Under the pieces are notes generated by a model. It was not told the DNA's origin. It worked only from the letters and a program-made list of their open reading frames with translations, and did not search any database. Shown piece by piece: positions 8,014 through 17,058 of a stretch of DNA of 64,000 nucleotides; the first letter of the stretch is position 1; every line of letters starts with the position of its first letter. Source of the stretch: Anaerovoracaceae bacterium (GTDB taxonomy: Bacteria > Bacillota > Clostridia > Peptostreptococcales > Anaerovoracaceae); contig JBMNUZ010000011.1 of assembly GCA_050946535.1 (NCBI GenBank), forward strand, positions 2,262-66,261. Direction: 5' to 3'. Both the position numbers and the translations under genes were made by a program.

Positions 8014-8721
8014 TCAGCACTGAGTGATCCGTTTTCTTTCCCTGTCAAAGTAATACACGTTGTTGCTCAAGATGTCCTGTTCCTCGAGAACGCGCTCGTT
8101 CACGTCGCGGACGATCCAGCTTATGGCTGGCAGCTGTTCCACGGCAGCTCTCATTATTATCACCTCGTGAACCGACGAAGGCAGTATGTAAAGATCGCTG
8201 TCGAGGCTCTCCGCAATCTGCCGGAGGATGTTCGGACACATGATCACGCTCGCTCCGCTGCACAGGGCTTCTTCCTGCACTACGTACATCCTTCCCCTCT
8301 GTTCGCATGGCACATCTCCGGAGTCACTTATGCCGCTCACCGCGTCGCATATATCCTGCATCGAATACGCCGCCTTCGCGCACATATTCATATACGCTCT
8401 TCCGAAAACCTCCGGATACCCCACGCCCCAGTACTGCACGATCTCCTTCGGAACAGCCGCAGACATATATCCCTCGTCCGTCCTGAAAACAGCACCTACA
8501 AACGCTGTCATATCGAAAAACGGCATGCAGACACTTCTCTCACTGCGCTCAGGATTTCCCTCCGTATTCTCCACTCTGAGCATCAGGCTGTCCATGACGT
8601 CGCTGTAATTGTGCATCCGCTCGATCACTTCCTCTTTTCCGGATACGGATGTTACGGCACTGCCTTCGATTCCGCCGGCCGGCTCACAGCCGGAAAACAT
8701 ATCGGTAGACTTGTAGATCAT
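8014..8721 (-). CDS. Hypothetical cytoplasmic protein
   Basis: 235-aa ORF with GGAGAAG RBS before the ATG at 8721. No motif I can assign. The C-terminal LYILPSSVHEVII stretch is reminiscent of a Firmicutes DUF family, but that is recollection only. Confidence 0.7.
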   Translation of the reverse strand: MIYKSTDMFSGCEPAGGIEGSAVTSVSGKEEVIERMHNYSDVMDSLMLRVENTEGNPERSERSVCMPFFDMTAFVGAVFRTDEGYMSAAVPKEIVQYWGVGYPEVFGRAYMNMCAKAAYSMQDICDAVSGISDSGDVPCEQRGRMYVVQEEALCSGASVIMCPNILRQIAESLDSDLYILPSSVHEVIIMRAAVEQLPAISWIVRDVNERVLEEQDILSNNVYYFDRERKRITQC

Positions 8722-8801
8722 CACTTCTCCTTTTTACATATTTTTACATTAGCTATACTCTCACTATAACTTATTTACAAAATATGTCAATAGAAAGGCT
8801 T

Positions 8802-8838
8802 AAAAAAAACGACTGCTTTTCGTATGAAAAACAGCCGT
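8802..8838 (-). terminator. rluD terminator
   Basis: On the - strand ACGGCTGTTTTT/AAAAGCAGTCGT form a 12-position stem with one internal mismatch and one G-U, followed by TTTTTTTT. It starts 2 nt after the rluD stop. Confidence 0.7.
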
Positions 8839-8839
8839 A

Positions 8840-9790
8840 TCAATTACGATCTGTATCGAAGCCGGCCAGCTTCATGGCATTTTTGAAATAATCCGGAAGC
8901 TCGCTGTCGAACTTCAGCAGCTCGCCGGTTATGGGATGAACGAAGCCGAGGACTTTCGCGTGGAGCACCTGTCCCTCTATGCCGAATGCGCGTTTTTTCG
9001 GACCGTATACCGGATCTCCAAGCAGTGGATGGCCTGCATCGGCCATATGCACGCGTATCTGATGAGTCCTGCCCGTTTCGAGCACACACTCGATATACGT
9101 AAATGCTCCGGCTCTTTCGAGGACCCTGTAGTGCGTCACGGCTCTTCTTCCTTTACCCCGCGGAACGACGGCCATTTTCTTGCGGTCTCTCGAACTTCTG
9201 CCGATGTTCGCATCGATCGTGCCTTCGTCTTCTTTAATGTTGTTGTACACGACCGCTCTGTAGTTCCTGATGATGCTGTGGACCGCGAACTGCTCAGCGA
9301 GTCCCTCGTGAGCGGCATCTGACTTTGCGACGACGAGCAGCCCGCTCGTATCCTTGTCTATCCTGTGCACAATTCCTGGCCTTATGACGCCGTTGATCGT
9401 CGACAGGCTGCCGCCGCAGTGATACATCAGCGCATTCACAAGAGTTCCGCTGTGGTTTCCGGGCGCCGGATGCACGACCATGCCCCGCGGCTTGTTGACC
9501 ACCAGCAGATCGTCGTCCTCATATACTATATCGAGAGGTATGTTTTCCGGCTCTGCGTCGATGGTCTCCGGTTCGGGAACCGTAACTACGAATCTGTCTC
9601 CAGTCCTCACCTTGTAGTTTTTCACAGCCTTTGCGCCGTCTCCGGCGCTGACGCAGCCTTCCGCAAGCAGCTTCTGGACATAGCTTCTCGTCATGTCTCC
9701 GAAGCGGCCTGAAAGGACCGAATCGAGACGGTTCCCCTGCTCCGCTTCATCGATTATGATTTCGACAGGGTGTCCGTATTCAACGTCCAT
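8840..9790 (-). CDS. rluD: RluA/RluD-family 23S rRNA pseudouridine synthase
   Basis: N-terminal S4 domain and catalytic motif HRIDKDTSGLLVVAK. Confidence 0.93.
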   Translation of the reverse strand: MDVEYGHPVEIIIDEAEQGNRLDSVLSGRFGDMTRSYVQKLLAEGCVSAGDGAKAVKNYKVRTGDRFVVTVPEPETIDAEPENIPLDIVYEDDDLLVVNKPRGMVVHPAPGNHSGTLVNALMYHCGGSLSTINGVIRPGIVHRIDKDTSGLLVVAKSDAAHEGLAEQFAVHSIIRNYRAVVYNNIKEDEGTIDANIGRSSRDRKKMAVVPRGKGRRAVTHYRVLERAGAFTYIECVLETGRTHQIRVHMADAGHPLLGDPVYGPKKRAFGIEGQVLHAKVLGFVHPITGELLKFDSELPDYFKNAMKLAGFDTDRN

Positions 9791-9794
9791 GGTT

Positions 9795-10250
9795 TTACCT
9801 TCTTCTCCTCTTCCTCTGCGGAATTATCAGCGCGATGAGCAGCGCGAGGCATCCGAGGACGACGCAGATATCCGCGAAATTGAAGATATACGGCCATATG
9901 TGAAAATGAATGAAGTCGATCACATAACCGTACCTCAGTCTGTCGACGAGGTTTCCTAGCGCTCCCCCTGCTATCATGGCAAGCGGTATCAGCACTGCTT
10001 TTCTTTCCGACTTTCTCTTTAACAGGATAAATACGATCAGGGCGCCGATCAGAAACGAAGTGACGCAGATGAGGATCGCGCCCGAACTGCTAAGCATTCC
10101 GAACGCTATTCCGTTGTTCTGTATTACCTCTATCGAAAGGAAACCATCGATCAGTGTTTTAAATCCGCCCATACCCACGAAGCGCAGCAGGGCGTATTTA
10201 AGAAGCTGGTCTGCCGCCATCAGGCATAAAATCAAGATGATATACTGCAT
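9795..10250 (-). CDS. lspA: Lipoprotein signal peptidase II
   Basis: 151 aa, four TM segments, motifs GNLVDRL and FNFADICV. Confidence 0.93.
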   Translation of the reverse strand: MQYIILILCLMAADQLLKYALLRFVGMGGFKTLIDGFLSIEVIQNNGIAFGMLSSSGAILICVTSFLIGALIVFILLKRKSERKAVLIPLAMIAGGALGNLVDRLRYGYVIDFIHFHIWPYIFNFADICVVLGCLALLIALIIPQRKRRRR

Positions 10251-10264
10251 TATTTCTCCAGACT

Positions 10265-10299
10265 AAAAAAACAGACGCCCTGCAGTCGCACAGCGTCTG
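10265..10299 (-). terminator. yggT terminator
   Basis: - strand stem CAGACGC/GCGTCTG followed by TTTTTTT, between the yggT stop and the lspA start. Confidence 0.6.
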
Positions 10300-10367
10300 G
10301 ATTCCGGCATCAGCCAGACAATAACATTATTAAAATTAAACTACTGTTATGCTCACAGGAGCTGCCG

Positions 10368-10646
10368 TCAGAGCGTCACGAGTATTCTCGTCAGCACACG
10401 CGCGACAAGCTCGATAACCAGTATTGCGAGAACAGGCGAAAAATCTATGCCGTACCTCATCGAGAAACCGCTCAGAAGTTTTCTGAAAGGTCTGACGAAA
10501 GGTTCCGTAATCGAACTGATAATCCTGAAAGCTTTCCAGAGTCCGGGACCGAATGAACCGGTGAACCAGCTCATTATCGCTTCCACGCATATGAGCGTAA
10601 CAATTGCATCACAGAATAAATTTATAACACGGGCCAGTAAGAACAT
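10368..10646 (-). CDS. yggT: YggT (YlmG) family membrane protein
   Basis: 92 aa, two TM segments, located next to sepF as in dcw-tail clusters. Confidence 0.85.
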   Translation of the reverse strand: MFLLARVINLFCDAIVTLICVEAIMSWFTGSFGPGLWKAFRIISSITEPFVRPFRKLLSGFSMRYGIDFSPVLAILVIELVARVLTRILVTL

Positions 10647-10658
10647 ATAATTTCCTGA

Positions 10659-11222
10659 CTACCTGCGCCAAGGAGCGTCTCTCATAGTCCTGCTGTCGAT
10701 GCTGTCGTCTCTCCCCGTGACAGAAAGCACATCGACGTTTTCAGGCGCAAAGACAAAGATATTGTCGGAAACTTTCTGAACTTTTCCGTTTATGGCATAA
10801 GTTGCGCCGCTGAGGAAATCGAAAATCTTGCGTGCAGTCTCTCTCTCGAGGTGCTCGACGTTAATGATTACAGGTCTTCTGGTTTTAAGGCTGTCTACCA
10901 TTCTCGGGCAGTCGTTGAAGTTTCTCGGCTCTGTAATCACAAGTCTGAACTGCTGTTTCTTTACTGTCTGCTGGGTCTGTAAACCAGCGCCTGCGGTACC
11001 GTTCTGCATGCTAACCACCTTGCTTCCGTGAGATTCCATTTTGGGCTGAGTAAAATCATTATTTCTGGTTCTGGACGAAGAACCTGAATACAGGGCATTT
11101 CTGTTCTGCCCTGCTGCAACAGGCTCGGCTTCCGCCTCTTCCTCTTCGAATTCTTCATCTTCATATTCTTCTTCGGTTACGCCGAGGATACTGCCCAGCT
11201 TACCAAATAAACCTTCTGCCAT
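10659..11222 (-). CDS. sepF: Cell division protein SepF
   Basis: N-terminal amphipathic MAEGLFGKLGSILG, an acidic linker, and a conserved C-terminal domain (PRNFNDCPRMVDSLKTRRPVIINV...ARKIFDFLSGATYA). Start at the ATG at 11222 with a GGAGGA RBS. Confidence 0.92.
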   Translation of the reverse strand: MAEGLFGKLGSILGVTEEEYEDEEFEEEEAEAEPVAAGQNRNALYSGSSSRTRNNDFTQPKMESHGSKVVSMQNGTAGAGLQTQQTVKKQQFRLVITEPRNFNDCPRMVDSLKTRRPVIINVEHLERETARKIFDFLSGATYAINGKVQKVSDNIFVFAPENVDVLSVTGRDDSIDSRTMRDAPWRR

Positions 11223-11307
11223 AATTGTGTTTCCTCCCTTTGCAGCCACGCTCCGGCTGAAAGCCTGATGATGCGCGGCATCCGATATGTGTGTTGACGT
11301 TTGATAG

Positions 11308-12009
11308 TTAATGTCTGCTGTAATCGCGCGCTCCGAAAATAGCCGAGCCCACTCTTATGATAGTAGAGCCCTCTTCTTCTGCAATCACTCTGTCGTTTGA
11401 CATCCCCATCGAAAGATATTTGAAATCGAGATGCGGCGATTCGATCGTGGCCATCTTATCGTACAGCTCTTTTGTCTTTCTGAAGAACGGCCTTACGTCT
11501 TCAGGATTCTCCCTGTACGGAGCTATGGTCATGAGGCCCCGGATTCTTACCGAAGGGCACTCGTCGAGGATCTGTCTGATAAGAGCTTCAGTATCCTCAG
11601 GAGCTACGCCGAATTTATTTTCGTCCTGTGCTGTATTGACCTCGATCAGAATATCCATCGTAATATCGTGCTGCTTTGCGCGCTTGTCGATTTCCTTCGC
11701 AAGGTGCAGCGAATCGACGGAATGAATCATGCAGACCTTGTCAATAATATATTTTACCTTATTAGTCTGCAGATGTCCAATCATATGCCATCTAACTTTT
11801 TTTACTTTGTCATATTTGTCGAGGATCTCCTGGACTTTATTTTCGCCGATATCGGTAACGCCAGCGTCTATCGCCTCGTTTATCATTTCAGCGGGATGAG
11901 TCTTTGTGACGGCGCACAGCAGAACCTCCGACGGGTCTCTGCCCACGCGCCTGCAGGCTTCAGCCTTCTCATCCTCGATCATTCTGATATTTTCAGCAAT
12001 AGTACCCAT
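11308..12009 (-). CDS. yggS: YggS (YlmE) family PLP-binding homeostasis protein
   Basis: 233 aa; AVTKTHP (PLP lysine) and GENKVQE motifs. Confidence 0.93.
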   Translation of the reverse strand: MGTIAENIRMIEDEKAEACRRVGRDPSEVLLCAVTKTHPAEMINEAIDAGVTDIGENKVQEILDKYDKVKKVRWHMIGHLQTNKVKYIIDKVCMIHSVDSLHLAKEIDKRAKQHDITMDILIEVNTAQDENKFGVAPEDTEALIRQILDECPSVRIRGLMTIAPYRENPEDVRPFFRKTKELYDKMATIESPHLDFKYLSMGMSNDRVIAEEEGSTIIRVGSAIFGARDYSRH

Positions 12010-12027
12010 ATCTAAGAATCGCCTCCA

Positions 12028-13242
12028 CTAATCAACTTTTTTTATTTCATCGTAAACATTTATTGTATTTACCGTATTACCGGAGTCGTCGACGAATGAT
12101 CCCGATGCTGCTAGCGAATATGTTCCGTCGGTCGCAAGTATTTTGACAGGTGTGAACGTGGTATCACCGGCGACATCCACGACGTACACGCCGGACTGCC
12201 CGTCTTTTTCCGTTATGAAATCGTTTTTGACGATCAGTCCCTTCTGATCGGAAGTCACGATCTTGCACGACTCTTTCCTTGCGGACGCTACTCCGCTGAA
12301 ATACGAAGTAAATTTCATTATTATCAGGTAATCATCACCCTGCTGGACGATCTTTTCGACTGTTCCGGATTCATCGCCGTCGTCGAGCTCCAGCGTAATC
12401 GTACCGTCTTCTTCAAACTTCGAGGCGTCGTCGCTGCTTACCCATGTGACTGCGTACCATTCCCTGTTGTCGACGATTTTAAATACAGGTTTGTTCTTCG
12501 TGGTCACTCCCGTAAATACATCGGACGATTTGTCCGAAATACTGCTTACCTTCGACTTGTCGAGATATTCCATCGTATAAGGCGAAAGAGCATATTCGTA
12601 CCCATCGAGCTTGTAGCTGACTACTCCGGAAGTCTCGACGCTGTAATTACCTGAAATTCCTGCGCTGGATAAATTCGCCGAGGAATCATTGCTGTCTGAT
12701 TCCGACTGAGACGATGATGAAGAGTTTCGCGATACATCGTCTATAGCGTTCTGAATCATCAATTTTTCGGCCTCGCTGCCGGCAGATGATTTCTGATCGC
12801 TCAGGCTCTCCAGCAGTTTCTGTTTTGTCTTGCTGCTGAGGCTCTGCAGGAGCGTCTCTCCGTTGAGGAAATTGCCCATATTCTCTTCGAACACATCGTA
12901 ATCCGTATTGTTGTCAGCCGATGACTTCGAGATCGATATCACGTCGGAACTGGTGCGCGCCATATCTCCCTCAGCGTAGGAATAACCGACCTTTCCGCTC
13001 TCGTCGGCGAAAAAGACGGCCTCGTATTTCACAAAATAGACGTCGCATTTCTGGGAATTGTCCAGGGTGCCGTACTCCACCGTCATGACATCCGCCATCT
13101 GATCCGAAACCCAGGGAAAGAAATAGACGATTCCGATGAGTGCTGCAACTGCGATGATATAGATCAGAATAAACAGCCGCAGCGGATGCTTCAGCTTCCG
13201 GACCTTCTTCTTTTTTTTCTGTTCATTTATCTGCTCTGCCAA
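12028..13242 (-). CDS. Membrane-anchored protein of unknown function with a Ser/Asp-rich centre
   Basis: TTG start 6 nt after GGAGGT. Polybasic N-terminus (QKKKKKVRKLKH), one TM segment, a low-complexity S-rich segment and a beta-rich C-terminal part. Possibly HlyD/barrel-sandwich-like, but I cannot verify that by eye. Confidence 0.75.
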   Translation of the reverse strand: MAEQINEQKKKKKVRKLKHPLRLFILIYIIAVAALIGIVYFFPWVSDQMADVMTVEYGTLDNSQKCDVYFVKYEAVFFADESGKVGYSYAEGDMARTSSDVISISKSSADNNTDYDVFEENMGNFLNGETLLQSLSSKTKQKLLESLSDQKSSAGSEAEKLMIQNAIDDVSRNSSSSSQSESDSNDSSANLSSAGISGNYSVETSGVVSYKLDGYEYALSPYTMEYLDKSKVSSISDKSSDVFTGVTTKNKPVFKIVDNREWYAVTWVSSDDASKFEEDGTITLELDDGDESGTVEKIVQQGDDYLIIMKFTSYFSGVASARKESCKIVTSDQKGLIVKNDFITEKDGQSGVYVVDVAGDTTFTPVKILATDGTYSLAASGSFVDDSGNTVNTINVYDEIKKVD

Positions 13243-13276
13243 GAAATTACCTCCGGCTACATTACTGAGGACTTTA

Positions 13277-14086
13277 TCATTCTTCGGTCAGCGGAGCTGA
13301 CGTCTTTTTCTTCTTTTTTCTTCTGCGCGGCGGCCTGAAGCTCTCGTCTCCTGACACGTCGGCCAGTATTTCGAGCTCTTTTTTACCCAGACCCAGCGAT
13401 CCCGCCTTTTCCAGATATGAAGCCCACATATCCGGACGCCTGTCACGCGTCTCTTCGAGAGATTTTCTGTACTGCCACAGTCCTACCATCTCATGGTCGC
13501 CTGAGAGCAGTACGTCAGGAACTTTCATGCCTTCGTACTCGCGCGGTCTCGTATACTGCGGGTACTCGAGCAGTCCCGAATATACCGACTCTCCCATGAC
13601 AGAACTTTCGTTTCCGAGCACTCCCGGAATCATGCGCGATACGGCATCCGTCACCACCAGAGCGGCGAGCTCGCCGCCGGTCAGAATATAGTCGCCGATG
13701 CTTATCTCATCGGGTTTCCAGTAATCTATGATGCGCTGGTCGATGCCTTCGTAATGTCCGCAGAGAAATACGAGTCTGTCTTCGGAAGCGAGCGAGCTGA
13801 TTATCTGCTGATCTGCTATGCGGCCCTTCGGCGACATATAGATGATGCGGCTTTCTTCGGCGTGCACTGACTTCAGAGCGTCGAAGACCGGCTGTGCCGT
13901 CATGACCATGCCGGCGCCTCCGCCGAACGGAGCTTCGTCTGTCTTTTTATGCCTGTCTTTCGTAAAATCGCGGATATTTACGGCGTTTATGCTGATGACG
14001 CCGCTTCGCTGCGCTCTTCCTAACATGCTCGACTCCGCGGCGGCTTCTATCATCTCCGGAAAGAGAGTCAGAATATCAATATGCAT
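13277..14086 (-). CDS. trmD: tRNA (guanine37-N1)-methyltransferase
   Basis: MHIDILTLFPEM start with GGGAGGA RBS; the alternative ATG at 14107 overlaps rimM. TrmD core plus a polybasic C-terminal tail RRRKKKKK. Confidence 0.93.
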   Translation of the reverse strand: MHIDILTLFPEMIEAAAESSMLGRAQRSGVISINAVNIRDFTKDRHKKTDEAPFGGGAGMVMTAQPVFDALKSVHAEESRIIYMSPKGRIADQQIISSLASEDRLVFLCGHYEGIDQRIIDYWKPDEISIGDYILTGGELAALVVTDAVSRMIPGVLGNESSVMGESVYSGLLEYPQYTRPREYEGMKVPDVLLSGDHEMVGLWQYRKSLEETRDRRPDMWASYLEKAGSLGLGKKELEILADVSGDESFRPPRRRKKKKKTSAPLTEE

Positions 14087-14099
14087 GTCGTTCCTCCCG

Positions 14100-14594
14100 T
14101 CAGTCAAGCAGGCCCGGAATCGGTTTTATTCTCATTATACCACTGTCGATATTTATTTCCGTAACTAATTCATATGCCGCAGGCACGAGATGCTTCGCAC
14201 CGTCGTCTGTCTCTATCTCATAAAGATCCTGCGCGGAGTTTTGTATCACGTCCGTCACTTTTCCGATGTGGTTTCCATCTTCGTCGACCGCTTCGAGTCC
14301 TATGAGATCGAATACGAAATATTCGTCGTCGTCGAGCTCCCTCAGCTTGCTCCTGTCGATCTCAAGATATTTTCCTCTCAGCTTTTCCGCGTCGTTTCTC
14401 GTTTCGACGCCACCGAGTCTGAGAAGCACCATGTTCTTCTGATATCTCACATTTCTGATCTCGTATTCCTCGCTGCCGGCGTAGAGGCTGTCGAGCTCTT
14501 CGAATCTGTGAGGCTTGTCGGCGTAAGAAATCACCTTCACTTCTCCCCTGATTCCGAACGCTCCGACGATTTTTCCTACTTTTATTCTGTCCAT
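14100..14594 (-). CDS. rimM: 16S rRNA processing protein RimM
   Basis: IKVGKIVGAFGIRGEVKV N-terminus and a PRC-barrel C-terminus. Start trimmed to the ATG at 14594. Confidence 0.92.
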   Translation of the reverse strand: MDRIKVGKIVGAFGIRGEVKVISYADKPHRFEELDSLYAGSEEYEIRNVRYQKNMVLLRLGGVETRNDAEKLRGKYLEIDRSKLRELDDDEYFVFDLIGLEAVDEDGNHIGKVTDVIQNSAQDLYEIETDDGAKHLVPAAYELVTEINIDSGIMRIKPIPGLLD

Positions 14595-14675
14595 CGGCTG
14601 TTCCCTCTGCGGCCGCCTTAAGCGGCCTGTAAAAACCAAAAGAGCCGTTCCGCAGAACAGCTCTTTGTTGCGGTC

Positions 14676-14909
14676 TTACTGAACTATATCGACCGTTATT
14701 TTCTTGTTGTTTTTGTTGGCAGCAGCGCGGACCACAGTTCTGAGAGCTCTCGCTATTCTGCCTTTCTTGCCTATGATCTTACCCATGTCATCTGGAGCGA
14801 CCTTCAGCTGTATAGTTATGTTGTGCCTGTCTTCTGTTTCAGTAACTCTGACAGCATCCGGATCGTCGACAAGAGATTTGGCAATGACTTCGACTAATCC
14901 TACTACCAT
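14676..14909 (-). CDS. KH-domain RNA-binding protein (YlqC/UPF0109)
   Basis: 77 aa; motif GKIIGKKGRIARALRTV; lies between rpsP and rimM. Confidence 0.9.
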   Translation of the reverse strand: MVVGLVEVIAKSLVDDPDAVRVTETEDRHNITIQLKVAPDDMGKIIGKKGRIARALRTVVRAAANKNNKKITVDIVQ

Positions 14910-14924
14910 GATTCTACCTTTTGA

Positions 14925-15170
14925 TTACTCGATAATTCCTGACTTTTTGAGAAGGCTTCTGGCTGTATCCGTCGGAGTTGCACCGTTCGCGAGCCACTTC
15001 TTTGCCTTTTCAGCATCGATTTTGATAAGGCCCGGATCCTGAAGAGGATCATACCAGCCTATTTCCTCGATGAATCTGCCGTCTCTTGGAGCGCGTGAAT
15101 CCGCAACTACAACTCTGTAAAAAGGCTTCTTTTTTCTTCCCATTCTTCTAAGTCTGATTTTGACTGCCAT
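14925..15170 (-). CDS. rpsP: 30S ribosomal protein S16
   Basis: [26 protein letters not shown]. Confidence 0.97.
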   Translation of the reverse strand: MAVKIRLRRMGRKKKPFYRVVVADSRAPRDGRFIEEIGWYDPLQDPGLIKIDAEKAKKWLANGATPTDTARSLLKKSGIIE

Positions 15171-15211
15171 CTGTCATTCCTCCTGAATATTTATATAAAT
15201 CATTAACTATA

Positions 15212-16546
15212 TTAAAAACCGCCGCGCATCTTTCTGCCTCTGCGCTTTGGTTTTGTATACTGCTTCATAACCTTGCGGGCTTCGTCGTAACGCTTGACCA
15301 GCTGATTGATCTGGCTGACCGGCTGTCCGGAGCCTCTGGAAATGCGCTTGCGCCTGCTCGCGTTGAGGATCTTCGGATCTGCCCGCTCCTCAGGAGTCAT
15401 CGATCTCATGATGGCCTCCATCTTGACGAACTCTTTCTCCGATTTTTCTATGTCCTCTTCGCTGACTCTCTGTCCGTTGACACCCGGGAGCATGTCTATG
15501 ATCTTTCTCATGCCGCCCATTTTTTTGATCTGGCCCATCTGTTCGAGAAAGTCCTCGAGAGTAAACTGATTTTTCTTGATCTTCCTCTCGAGTTCCTCAG
15601 CTTCCTTATCGTCGTACTGCTGCTGTGCTTTTTCGATCAGAGTGAGCATATCGCCCATGCCCAGGATTCTTGAAGCCATGCGGTCCGGATAGAAAGGCTC
15701 GAGCGCATCGAATTTTTCACCCATGCCGACGAACTTGATAGGCTTGCCTGTGACTTCCCTTACGGAAAGAGCAGCGCCGCCTCTGGTGTCGCCGTCGAGC
15801 TTCGTAAGAATGATACCGTCTACATTGATCGCATCGTTGAATGCGCTCGCCGCAGTCACGGCATCCTGGCCTGTGAGTGCATCTATGACAAGCAGAGTCT
15901 CGTGAGGCTCTACTGCATCTCTGACTCTGATGAGCTCCTGCATCAGTTCTTCGTCTACGTGCAGACGTCCGGAAGTATCGACGATTAGAACGTTGAAACC
16001 GTCGTGCTCAGCCTTTTTCTTGGCGTGAGCCGCCACGACTTCGGCTCTCTCCTCGCCGCGCTCCGAGTAAACCGGAACTCCGACTTTTTCACCTACTATC
16101 TCGAGCTGGTCGATAGCCGCCGGCCTGTGCACGTCGCACGCGGCGAGCATAGGCTTCTTGCCCTCGCCTTTTAAATAATTGGCGAGCTTGCCGGCAGTCG
16201 TCGTCTTACCTGTACCCTGAAGGCCTGCGAGCAGATAAACCGTAAAACCGCTCGGCGAATACGTAAGCTTGCTTATCGTTCCGCCCATGAGCTGGGTGAG
16301 TTCCTCGTTTACGATCTTTATTACCTGCTGTCCCGGCGTCAGACTTGCAAGAACCTCTTCCCCGAGACATTTCTCCTTTATATTAGCGACGAATTTCTTC
16401 ACTACCTTGAAGTTAACGTCCGCTTCCAGCAGGGCAAGCTTTACTTCTCTCATCGCCGCATTGACGTCGGCCTCTGTAAGAGTTCCCTTGCCTCTGAGGT
16501 TTTTGAATAAATCCTGCAGTTTTTCTGAAAGTCCTTCGAAAGCCAT
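15212..16546 (-). CDS. ffh: Signal recognition particle protein Ffh
   Basis: GLQGTGKTTTAGKLA P-loop, DTSGRLH, and an M-rich C-terminal M domain. Confidence 0.97.
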   Translation of the reverse strand: MAFEGLSEKLQDLFKNLRGKGTLTEADVNAAMREVKLALLEADVNFKVVKKFVANIKEKCLGEEVLASLTPGQQVIKIVNEELTQLMGGTISKLTYSPSGFTVYLLAGLQGTGKTTTAGKLANYLKGEGKKPMLAACDVHRPAAIDQLEIVGEKVGVPVYSERGEERAEVVAAHAKKKAEHDGFNVLIVDTSGRLHVDEELMQELIRVRDAVEPHETLLVIDALTGQDAVTAASAFNDAINVDGIILTKLDGDTRGGAALSVREVTGKPIKFVGMGEKFDALEPFYPDRMASRILGMGDMLTLIEKAQQQYDDKEAEELERKIKKNQFTLEDFLEQMGQIKKMGGMRKIIDMLPGVNGQRVSEEDIEKSEKEFVKMEAIMRSMTPEERADPKILNASRRKRISRGSGQPVSQINQLVKRYDEARKVMKQYTKPKRRGRKMRGGF

Positions 16547-16563
16547 TGCTCCTCCTGCTTAAC

Positions 16564-16920
16564 TTATTCCTCGTCAAGTCCGTTGATAATATTTCTGACT
16601 GCCGTGAGCTTTGATGCCAGAACGGAGTCATGTTCACTGTCTATGATCTCGTCGATCAGGGCTGACGCTCTGTGTATTTCTTCTTCTGTACGGCGGAAAC
16701 GTCTGACAAGCCCGAGGCTCGCTTCATATGACCTGAGCGATTTTTCCGCCTTGCTGACGGTATCGTAAACCGCCTGGCGGCTTATTCCGGCCATCTCGGC
16801 TATTTCGCCGAGCGTGTAGTCGTCTCCGTAATAATACTGGAGCACGTCCTTCTGACGATTTGTGAGAAGCTCGCCGTAGAAATCGTAGAGCATGCTCATT
16901 TCGCCCATGTTCTTAACCAT
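16564..16920 (-). CDS. ylxM: YlxM-type putative helix-turn-helix protein (UPF0122)
   Basis: LTNRQKDVLQYYYGDDYTLGEIAEMAGISRQAVYDTV. Start at the ATG at 16920 with RBS GGAGGC; the longer ORF-track start lies upstream of the predicted transcription start. Confidence 0.88.
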   Translation of the reverse strand: MVKNMGEMSMLYDFYGELLTNRQKDVLQYYYGDDYTLGEIAEMAGISRQAVYDTVSKAEKSLRSYEASLGLVRRFRRTEEEIHRASALIDEIIDSEHDSVLASKLTAVRNIINGLDEE

Positions 16921-16953
16921 AGCTGCCTCCCTTTCTTTACATGTCACCGTGCT

Positions 16954-16981
16954 ATTATATCACAGCAAAAAAAGGTGTCAA
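16954..16981 (-). promoter_or_regulatory. Near-consensus sigma-A promoter of the ylxM-ffh-rpsP operon
   Basis: On the - strand: TTGACA (16976-16981), 16-nt spacer, TGaTATAAT extended -10 (TATAAT at 16954-16959). Confidence 0.7.
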
Positions 16982-17001
16982 GCTTTTTTGCTTGACACCT
17001 T
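16965..17001 (-). terminator. sppA terminator (overlaps the ylxM -35 box)
   Basis: 12-bp stem AAGGTGTCAAGC / GCTTGACACCTT with a 6-nt loop, followed on the - strand by TTTTTTT. Confidence 0.75.
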
Positions 17002-17058
17002 CCCGGTATTTTCAGTTTGTTTTAAAATCTCCCCGCCGGGCCTGAAATAATCTTTTCC

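Noticed and set aside
783-8724. Possible integrative island: a recombinase next to accessory-looking dehydratase, LtaS-like and hypothetical genes.
   Set aside because: I could find no flanking direct repeats or att-like duplications, no tRNA at the borders, no mobility, replication or phage genes, and no clear compositional break. The evidence is insufficient.
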